A stretch of 64,000 nucleotides of DNA. Origin: an uncultured Geobacter sp. (GTDB lineage: Bacteria > Desulfobacterota > Desulfuromonadia > Geobacterales > Pseudopelobacteraceae). Under the pieces are notes generated by a model. It was not told where the DNA came from. It saw nothing but the letters and a program-made list of their open reading frames with translations, and ran no database searches. The stretch is taken from positions 7,249 through 71,248 of the forward strand of contig CAYWJJ010000014.1 of assembly GCA_964458105.1 (NCBI GenBank), read 5' to 3'. The translations under genes and the position numbers were made by a program. Shown here in pieces: positions 57,033 to 64,000 of this stretch. Positions within the stretch are counted from its first letter, which is position 1; every line of letters starts with the position of its first letter.

Positions 57033-57548
57033 TTATTTCTTTCTGTTCGCGTTAAACAGCTTAAGAACTTCTTCGGTCAGATCGGACTTGTCGTCAACAA
57101 ACAGCATGCTTTCGTTCTTGACAAATATGAAGGTATAGCCGTTCTTGCGGCCATATTCCTGGATAACCTTTTCCATGCCCTCAAGAATCTTGCGGGTAAA
57201 TTCTTCGTCCTTACCCTGCAGCTCGTCCTGGGCATCCTTGGTAAAACGCTGAAAATCTTTCAGTTTGTTCTGGTAGTCCTTTTCCTTGGAAGCGCGGGCC
57301 GATTCGGAAAGGAGCATGCCCTGCTTTTCCAGTTCATCCTTCAGTTTTTTGAGATCATCCTGCTTGACATTGATCTCGTCCTGATACTTCTTGACTTTGG
57401 CGGCCAGTTGCTCTTTGGCTTCCTTGCCCGCCTCTGAACCGTTCAGGGCGCGCTGCATGTCGATATAGCCCAGTTTGAGATCTGCTGCAAATACGGACGT
57501 AGCGGCCAAGCAAACAGCTACAATACCAACCAGTACCAATTTTTTCAT
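57033..57548 (-). CDS. skp: OmpH/Skp periplasmic chaperone
   Basis: Signal peptide followed by a Lys/Glu-rich coiled coil. It sits between bamA and lpxD. Confidence 0.85.
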   Translation of the reverse strand: MKKLVLVGIVAVCLAATSVFAADLKLGYIDMQRALNGSEAGKEAKEQLAAKVKKYQDEINVKQDDLKKLKDELEKQGMLLSESARASKEKDYQNKLKDFQRFTKDAQDELQGKDEEFTRKILEGMEKVIQEYGRKNGYTFIFVKNESMLFVDDKSDLTEEVLKLFNANRKK

Positions 57549-57615
57549 GTTGCATTCTCCTTTAGATTGTTGCGCAGTCTAGCCCTTAAATGGGGTAATT
57601 AGGTTGATTATGTCG

Positions 57616-59937
57616 CTAAAAAAGGCTGCCGATTGAAAATTCAAATCTGCCGCTACTGCTGTCGATGTCGCCTCGCGGATTGAGAGGGATTCCGTATTCA
57701 AGCCTTAAAGGACCGATCGGAGACGCCCAGCGGATGCCGCCACCGTAGCTCATCAGCATTGTGTCAAACATTTTGTTCTTGTCGCTGAATGCATTTCCAT
57801 AATCGAAAAACACAACCCCTTTTACACCCACATCCTGCAAAAGCGGGAAGGTGAATTCCGTGTTGCCGAAGAACTGTGTGTCGCCACCCAGATACACTCG
57901 ATCATTACCCTGGTTTCCATTGAAATCCCTTGGGAGTTGCACTTTTGTAGGTGATACCGTACGAGCCTTGTAGCCGCGCAGCGAGAATATACCGCCCAGG
58001 TAGAACTTTTCATCAATCGGAATCGGTTGGCCGACTTCCTGAATGTATCCCAGATTGAGTTTTGCAGAGAAAATCAATTTTTTGTAGACGGGGTGGAACC
58101 AGGTATTGTCGGCAGTATAGCGGGCATACTTGTTGTTACCGCCCAGGCCGGCATATTCCACCGTCAATGAATTTATAAAGCCGGTGGTCGGATCAAGCCG
58201 ATAGTCGGTGTTGTTATGGGTAATGCTGCCCAGGATCGAACTGGTTGTGGTGGTGCCGATCGGGTAGTTGTCCGGATCCTGATCATGCAGGTTCTTATAT
58301 GCAACGATTGGATTGTAAATGTCCTTTATTTCATATTTGTACATGAAGAAGGTTCCGACAAAGTCGTTGATTGGATAACCGGCCTTGATGTCGCCCCCCA
58401 TCAGACGTCGGCTGTAATCCAGGTAATCACGCTCAGATCGATAGATATCTCCGCCCAGAGTCCATTTGGTGTCCAGGAAATGAGGATCGGTGAGTCCGAG
58501 GGAATATGTCTGCGACTTTCCGCCGATAGAAGCGGATAAATTGGCCTTCAGGCCAAGACCAAAAAAGTTGGCCTGTTGGACCGAACCCTGGCCGATAATA
58601 CCATCCAGTGAACTGTAGCCGCCGCCGATGCTGAAAGTACCGGTCGGTTTTTCCTTCACGTCGATATTTACATTGAGCTTGTTGCTGGCGCTTCCCTTGG
58701 CTGTGGCGAGGTTTGCTTCCTCGAAGTATCCCAGATTCATAAGATTCTGTTTGCTTCTCTTCATGCCTGTGGAGCTGTACAGTTCGTTTTCAGTTACGCG
58801 CAACTCACGACGGATGACCTTGTCACGGGTTTTGGGGTTGCCGGCAATCGATATTCGTTCAATAGTTACAAGTTCGCCCTTTTCCATGTCGAAAAAGATG
58901 TCAACGGTCTTTTTGTCGTTGTCGGGACGGGTCATCGGATTGACATTGGCAAAGGCGTAACCTTTGTCGCCATATATGTCGGTCAATGTAAAAATGTCGG
59001 TACGCAGCGTCGCACGATTGAAAACCTGCCCCGGTTCGCTCTTCACTTTTTTGCGCAGTTCTGCCGCCGGTTCTAGTAGCTCACCTTTGAATCCGATTTC
59101 TCCGATACGATACTGATCACCTTCCGTGATGCCGATGGAAACCTCAAGCGCCGTTTTGGCATCGTTCAATTTGACCACCGGTTCACCAACCTTGACATTG
59201 ATATAACCGTTATTAAGGTAATAGTCGGTTATCAGCAGGGCGTCGTTTTTCAGTACTTCTTCCTTGTAAGTGCCGGCGCCGGTCAGCCAGGACATGAACC
59301 ATGACTCCTTGGTCTCCATGACGCCTCGCAGCTTGCGGTTGGAAAAAGCCTTGCTGCCGTCAAAACGGATGTCCCGGATCAGAATCTTTTTCCCCTCAGC
59401 AATTTTGAAGGTGACGGAAAGATCGGTGGGAGAGTTTTTGTCAACCTTTGTCTGTATGTCGGCAAGATAGAAACCGTCATCACCATACAGTTTTTTGATT
59501 TTGGCAACACTTTTGGCAAGATCCTTGGCCGAATAAATCGTATTCTGCCGGAACTCAAGCGCTTCCTTCAACTTTTCGGTGGTAAGCTCCTTGTTCCCCT
59601 CAAACTTGATATCCCGAACGATCGGTTTTTCAAGCACGGTGTATACAAGAACCGCACCCTTATCGGACTGTTCCAGCACAGCCTGAACATCCTGGAAATA
59701 GCCCAGTTTGTATATTGAGCGGATGTCGGCATCGGTCTTGTCCCCAAAAAGGGTGTCGCCTGCGCGAACCTTCAGCACGTTCAGGATGGCTGCTGATTCT
59801 ATGCGCCGGTTACCCTGTATCTGAACATCGACAATCTTCTCGCCATCGGCCCTGGCGGTAGTTACGCCAAAGGCGGCAACAAGAGAAATTGCTGTTACAA
59901 TGTTTTGAAAATTGGGCACGCTTCCCCCGAAAATCAT
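57616..59937 (-). CDS. bamA: Outer membrane protein assembly factor BamA
   Basis: 773 aa with POTRA repeats (..I.V.GN.R....I) and a C-terminal barrel ending ..[10 protein letters not shown]. Confidence 0.9.
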   Translation of the reverse strand: MIFGGSVPNFQNIVTAISLVAAFGVTTARADGEKIVDVQIQGNRRIESAAILNVLKVRAGDTLFGDKTDADIRSIYKLGYFQDVQAVLEQSDKGAVLVYTVLEKPIVRDIKFEGNKELTTEKLKEALEFRQNTIYSAKDLAKSVAKIKKLYGDDGFYLADIQTKVDKNSPTDLSVTFKIAEGKKILIRDIRFDGSKAFSNRKLRGVMETKESWFMSWLTGAGTYKEEVLKNDALLITDYYLNNGYINVKVGEPVVKLNDAKTALEVSIGITEGDQYRIGEIGFKGELLEPAAELRKKVKSEPGQVFNRATLRTDIFTLTDIYGDKGYAFANVNPMTRPDNDKKTVDIFFDMEKGELVTIERISIAGNPKTRDKVIRRELRVTENELYSSTGMKRSKQNLMNLGYFEEANLATAKGSASNKLNVNIDVKEKPTGTFSIGGGYSSLDGIIGQGSVQQANFFGLGLKANLSASIGGKSQTYSLGLTDPHFLDTKWTLGGDIYRSERDYLDYSRRLMGGDIKAGYPINDFVGTFFMYKYEIKDIYNPIVAYKNLHDQDPDNYPIGTTTTSSILGSITHNNTDYRLDPTTGFINSLTVEYAGLGGNNKYARYTADNTWFHPVYKKLIFSAKLNLGYIQEVGQPIPIDEKFYLGGIFSLRGYKARTVSPTKVQLPRDFNGNQGNDRVYLGGDTQFFGNTEFTFPLLQDVGVKGVVFFDYGNAFSDKNKMFDTMLMSYGGGIRWASPIGPLRLEYGIPLNPRGDIDSSSGRFEFSIGSLF

Positions 59938-60614
59938 GTAGTTTTGTCCAACTTTCCATCAGTTAATCTAATTGTCGAACCCATGGCCAATGCCAGCCGT
60001 TCGTTGTGTGTCACAATTACCAGCGTCAGGCCCTTTCGGACCTGCAAATCAGCCAACATGGCATGGATGCCGTCACTGGTCTTCATGTCCAGGTTGCCGG
60101 TTGGCTCATCCGCCAGAAGGATATCCGGTTCAAGCGCAAGCGCCCTTGCTATGGCAACCCGCTGCTGCTCGCCACCGGACAGCTCGCCCGGCCGGTGTGT
60201 CATGCGCTGTCCCAGCCCCACGTCTTCCAGCAGGCCCCTGGCAATTTGCAAAGCCTTATCCCGTTTCACCCTGGCGATGAGTGCCGGCATCATGACATTC
60301 TCAAGCGCGGTGAACTCCGGAAGCAGGTGATGAAACTGGAAAACAAAGCCGATGCTTCTGTTGCGGAATGCTGCCAGTTCCCGATCATTCTTTTTGAAAA
60401 CATCTTCTCCGCGAAAAAGAACGGTTCCGGAAGTTGGGCGATCCAGCGCTCCCAGGAGATGCATCAAAGTACTTTTACCGGCGCCGGACGCACCAACCAG
60501 AGCGGTGGTCGTGCCGGCTTCCAATTCAAGATCGATTCCGCGCAGCACCTCAACGCGGTTGGAGCCGCTTGCATAAGTTTTGCAAAGACCGCGCACTTCG
60601 AGAATATTACTCAT
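59934..60614 (-). CDS. lolD: Lipoprotein-releasing system ATP-binding protein
   Basis: Walker [10 protein letters not shown], signature [15 protein letters not shown], Walker [13 protein letters not shown]. Confidence 0.9.
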   Translation of the reverse strand: MSNILEVRGLCKTYASGSNRVEVLRGIDLELEAGTTTALVGASGAGKSTLMHLLGALDRPTSGTVLFRGEDVFKKNDRELAAFRNRSIGFVFQFHHLLPEFTALENVMMPALIARVKRDKALQIARGLLEDVGLGQRMTHRPGELSGGEQQRVAIARALALEPDILLADEPTGNLDMKTSDGIHAMLADLQVRKGLTLVIVTHNERLALAMGSTIRLTDGKLDKTT

Positions 60615-61869
60615 ATCTGAGTGCCTCGGCAGGCAACATGCGCGAAGCCTGCCATGCCGGATATAGTGTCGCCAAAAACGAGATCAGCACGGCGGTCACG
60701 GAAATCAGAATCACATCGGACTGTACAACCAGGGAAGGGAAATGATCCAGGTAATAAATGTCCTTGCTGAAAAAATTCTGGCCGGTGGCCTTTTGGATCG
60801 CGTTAACGATCGGTTCCAGATTCAATGCGACCAGCAAACCGGAAGCAACGCCAATAGCGGTTCCGATGATTCCGATAATCAAGCCCTCAAGCACGAATAT
60901 CTTCATGATGCTGGTTCCGGTAGCCCCCATGGACTTGAGGATTGCAATATCCCGGGTTTTTTCCATCACAACCATAAAGAGAGTCGAGGCGATACCAAAA
61001 GCCGCCACAAGTACAATCAGGGTCAGAATGATGAACATGACGATCTTTTCGGTTTTGAGCGCAAACAGGATGTTCTTGTTCATCTGCATCCAGTCGCGGG
61101 CATAAAAACCTGTACCCATCTCGCGGTTGATGGTTCGGGAAAGTTCTCCGGTGTTGTAGACATCCTTGACTTTGAGTTGAATGCCGGTAACCGTGTCGCC
61201 CAGATCAAAAAATCTCTGGGCCTGGCCCAGGCTGACGTAGGCCAGGGTTGAATCGTACTCGAACATTCCGGTGTTGAAGATTCCGACCACCTTGAAGGAC
61301 TTCATTCTCGGCATCATGCCGAGCGGTGTAATGTTGCCCATTGGTGAAATAACGTTGACCCTGTCTCCCAGGAACAGGTTGAGGTGTTTGGCCAGTTCTT
61401 TTCCCAACAGCAAGCCTGGTGTCATGTCGGCACCTTCGCCCATACTGGGATCGAGACGATCTATACTCCCTTCAACCACCGTTTTGCTGAGGCGGGTCAC
61501 CTGGCGGTCTGTGGCAACGTCGATTCCCCTCAGCACCACTCCGGATACATTTTTGCCGGAAGATAGCATAACCTGGTTATAAATAAAAGGTGTAGCGGCT
61601 TCTACTCCCTTGAAGCCCTTCAGCTTGTCCATGACCGGGTGGTAGTTCTCCATCGGGGAGCCGCTGCGGATCACAACTATGTGGGCATTGGTGCCGAGGA
61701 TCTTTTCTTTCAGATCGTCTTCAAAGCCGGTCATGACCGCCAAAACAACTATCAATGCCATGACTCCCAGCGTCACGCCTGCCGTGGATATAAAAGTGAT
61801 GATGGAAATGAACGTCGACTTGCGCTTGGCCTTAAGATAGCGCAATCCAATAATAAGCTCGAATGGCAT
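60607..61869 (-). CDS. lolC: Lipoprotein-releasing system permease (LolC/LolE family)
   Basis: [12 protein letters not shown]...R...FIS.I..IS..GV..GV. There is a MacB-like periplasmic domain and a C-terminal FtsX-type 3-TM bundle. Confidence 0.85.
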   Translation of the reverse strand: MPFELIIGLRYLKAKRKSTFISIITFISTAGVTLGVMALIVVLAVMTGFEDDLKEKILGTNAHIVVIRSGSPMENYHPVMDKLKGFKGVEAATPFIYNQVMLSSGKNVSGVVLRGIDVATDRQVTRLSKTVVEGSIDRLDPSMGEGADMTPGLLLGKELAKHLNLFLGDRVNVISPMGNITPLGMMPRMKSFKVVGIFNTGMFEYDSTLAYVSLGQAQRFFDLGDTVTGIQLKVKDVYNTGELSRTINREMGTGFYARDWMQMNKNILFALKTEKIVMFIILTLIVLVAAFGIASTLFMVVMEKTRDIAILKSMGATGTSIMKIFVLEGLIIGIIGTAIGVASGLLVALNLEPIVNAIQKATGQNFFSKDIYYLDHFPSLVVQSDVILISVTAVLISFLATLYPAWQASRMLPAEALRYE

Positions 61870-61872
61870 TCT

Positions 61873-63351
61873 TTATTTTGCTTCCTTGCGGAGTTGCGGA
61901 AACAGGATGACATCGCGGATCGAGGGCGAATCCGTCAGCAGCATTACCAGCCTGTCAATTCCTATTCCTTCGCCGGCAGTCGGGGGGAGGCCGTATTCCA
62001 GGGCCCGGACATAGTCTTCGTCCATGTAGTGGGCTTCTTCATCTCCCTTGTCCTTTTCAGCAACCTGGGCCAGGAAACGCTCCTTCTGATCAATCGGATC
62101 ATTCAGCTCTGAAAACGCATTGGCAATTTCGCGACCGGCGATGATCAGTTCAAAGCGATCGACAATCTCCGGATTAGCATCGTTCTTGCGCGACAGGGGT
62201 GAAACTTCGGTCGGGTAGGCTGTAATAAAGGTCGGCTGAATCAGCTTGTGCTCGGCAACCTCCTCGAAAATCTCCATCATCAGCTTGCCGTAACCGATTC
62301 CATCGGGAAGGTCGAGGCCGATGCTGCGGGCGTAGGCCAGGGCCAGGTCGCGGTCATCCAGCTGTTTCGCCTCGATATCCCCATATTCCAAAATGGCGTC
62401 GCGGACAGTCAGGCGCTTCCAGGGGCGCTGGAAGCTGATATCAAGACCTTGATTGCTGAAATCGAGAGTGCCGAGCACCTGCTGGGCAATGTGGCAAAAC
62501 AGCTCCTCGGTAAGGTCCATCAAGTCCTCGTAAGTAGCATAGGCTTGATAGAATTCCATCATGGTAAACTCCGGATTATGGCGTACGGAGATACCCTCGT
62601 TGCGGAAATTGCGGTTGATCTCGAAGACCCGCTCCAGGCCGCCTACTACAAGCCGTTTCAGGTAGAGTTCAGGCGCGATGCGCAGATACAGTTCCATATC
62701 AAGAGCATTGTGGTGGGTGACGAAAGGTCGTGCCGTTGCGCCGCCGGGGATCTGGTGCATCATCGGGGTTTCAACTTCCAGGAAATCGCGATTGACCATA
62801 AACTCCCGAATCAGATTGACGATGCGGGAGCGCTTGATAAAAATCTCGCGTGCCTCCGGGTTGACAATCAGGTCCACATAGCGCTGGCGATAGCGGGTTT
62901 CCACATCAGTCAGCCCATGGAATTTCTCGGGCAGCGGGAGCAGTGACTTGACCAGCAACCGGATGGAACGGGCGTGCAGGGACAATTCTCCAGTCTTGGT
63001 GCGAAACGGGTATCCTTCCGCCCCGACAATGTCGCCGATGTCGAATGATTCGAATGCGGTAAATGCTTCTTCGCCAATCTCGTCCTTCTTGACATACAGC
63101 TGAATCCGGCCCTTGCGATCCTGCAGTTGAATGAAGGCCGCTTTGCCGAATGAGCGGCGGGCCAGGATACGGCCGGCCACAACGAACATTTCATCAGAAG
63201 CTTCGATCAGTTCCTTGTCGCCGTAGGCAGCTGAAATGTCCGCCGAGGTATGCTGCGGCTTGAAGTCGTTGGGATAGGGATTGATACCCGCTTCCCAAAG
63301 TGCATCGACTTTGCGGCGCCGTTGAAGTAGTAGTTCGCTGAGTTCTTCCAT
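61873..63351 (-). CDS. lysS: Lysine--tRNA ligase (class II)
   Basis: RR.K...L...G.NPYPN.F, GR....R..GKA.F..LQD..GRIQ.Y, FRNEG.S.RHNPEFT..E.Y and GGLG.GIDRL.M-type motifs. Confidence 0.95.
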   Translation of the reverse strand: MEELSELLLQRRRKVDALWEAGINPYPNDFKPQHTSADISAAYGDKELIEASDEMFVVAGRILARRSFGKAAFIQLQDRKGRIQLYVKKDEIGEEAFTAFESFDIGDIVGAEGYPFRTKTGELSLHARSIRLLVKSLLPLPEKFHGLTDVETRYRQRYVDLIVNPEAREIFIKRSRIVNLIREFMVNRDFLEVETPMMHQIPGGATARPFVTHHNALDMELYLRIAPELYLKRLVVGGLERVFEINRNFRNEGISVRHNPEFTMMEFYQAYATYEDLMDLTEELFCHIAQQVLGTLDFSNQGLDISFQRPWKRLTVRDAILEYGDIEAKQLDDRDLALAYARSIGLDLPDGIGYGKLMMEIFEEVAEHKLIQPTFITAYPTEVSPLSRKNDANPEIVDRFELIIAGREIANAFSELNDPIDQKERFLAQVAEKDKGDEEAHYMDEDYVRALEYGLPPTAGEGIGIDRLVMLLTDSPSIRDVILFPQLRKEAK

Positions 63352-63470
63352 GGTGTCGGTTTAACCTTTCACTACAAAAAATGGTGCGATGAAACAACGG
63401 ATAAAAGTATCTCCAAGACCCCGGTACGTCAAGAAAAAAAGGGGGCGCTATGCTGATCCCTGACAATCCA

Positions 63471-64000
63471 TCAGATCGCTGAAATTCTCTTGATAGCGTT
63501 GTTTACCCTGTCGACAACATACAGGCTTGTCCCGTCAGTGGTTATGCCGACAGGGGTGTCAAACCGGGCATTGATACCTATTGCGTCAAAAGAATTAGGA
63601 GAGGTGGTGCTGATGCCGCCGGCTATGGTCGTGACGGCTCCAGTTGTCTTATCAATTTTGCGAATGGCGTTCCAGTATTGTGGATTGGGCAAGCTCGCAT
63701 CGTTATAGTCGGTTAAGTAAAGATAAGTACCGTCTGTGGTGATCCCGTTGGGGTGATAGAAGGTAGCCGTAACGCCGGTCGCGGTATCTGCCGTTCCGTG
63801 TGTGCCGGGTACGCCGGCCAGGGTGGAAACGGTCCCGCTTGAAATTTCAATTTTTCTGATGGTGCGGTTGTTGAAATCGGTTACGTACAGATTGGTCCTG
63901 TCGGTGGTAATGCGCACTGGTACATTGAAGCGGGCAGCGCCTTGGATGCCTTCTGCAGAACCGGGCAAGCCGGGAGACCCGGCCAGGGTTGTAACAGCTT
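63471..64000 (-). CDS. NHL/beta-propeller repeat protein, C-terminal part (5' end beyond the window)
   Basis: The frame stays open to nt 64000 (..AVTTLAGSPGLPGSAEG..). There are repeated ~55-aa units of the form G.V.T.AG...G..D......F..P.GITTDG..LY..D..N..IRKI. Confidence 0.7.
   Translation of the reverse strand, partial: AVTTLAGSPGLPGSAEGIQGAARFNVPVRITTDRTNLYVTDFNNRTIRKIEISSGTVSTLAGVPGTHGTADTATGVTATFYHPNGITTDGTYLYLTDYNDASLPNPQYWNAIRKIDKTTGAVTTIAGGISTTSPNSFDAIGINARFDTPVGITTDGTSLYVVDRVNNAIKRISAI

Noticed and set aside
63420-63470. Possible terminator after the NHL-repeat gene (a T7 tract on the minus strand)
   Set aside because: The sequence preceding the T-tract forms only a poor 4-of-6 stem. 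This is not enough to support a call.

Overview
This 64-kb chromosomal window comes from a GC-rich Gram-negative bacterium. Gene content and order suggest an anaerobic Desulfuromonadales/Geobacter-type organism: a tungsten-type aldehyde:ferredoxin oxidoreductase, ThyX, several radical-SAM enzymes, and the block lysS-lolCD-bamA-skp-lpxD-fabZ-lpxA...lpxB-msbA-waaA-lpxK. That taxonomic placement is inference only, because no search was possible.

Plus-strand half (1-19.7 kb):
- A conserved four-gene envelope module: DUF1302, DUF1329, a Ycf48/BNR-like propeller and an RND exporter.
- Directly downstream, a complete quinohemoprotein amine dehydrogenase (qhp) operon in the order qhpA-qhpD-qhpC-qhpB-[two peptidase-U32-like ORFs]-qhpF-qhpE.
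- An aldehyde:ferredoxin oxidoreductase gene.
- A radical-SAM/DUF4130 putative DNA-repair pair.

Minus-strand half (19.7-64 kb):
- Housekeeping genes: an RRM protein, ydfG-like SDR, RluA-family synthase, DUF1385, thyX, rpmE, rho and tcdA.
- A mosaic LPS core and nucleotide-sugar region. It holds 4 intact GT9 genes plus 2 GT9 5' remnants, 4 GT2 genes, a CDP-3,6-dideoxyhexose cassette, two gmd paralogues with fcl, and a UDP-GlcA epimerase.
- The lipid A / outer-membrane biogenesis supercluster, with gnnA/gnnB between lpxA and lpxB.

Main candidate for something undescribed: the qhp operon has no QhpG-type flavin monooxygenase. In its place sit two translationally coupled UbiV-like/UbiU-like U32 ORFs. 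They are plausibly an O2-independent hydroxylase that makes the cysteine tryptophylquinone cofactor anaerobically.

Other notable points:
- About 140-bp direct repeats bracket the dideoxyhexose cassette.
- An AT-rich glycosyltransferase island contains a DUF4143 ATPase.
- A family of GC-rich inverted-repeat elements occurs at two loci.
- An RRM protein carries a strictly 12-residue-periodic basic tail.

No rRNA, tRNA, CRISPR array or transposase was recognised.
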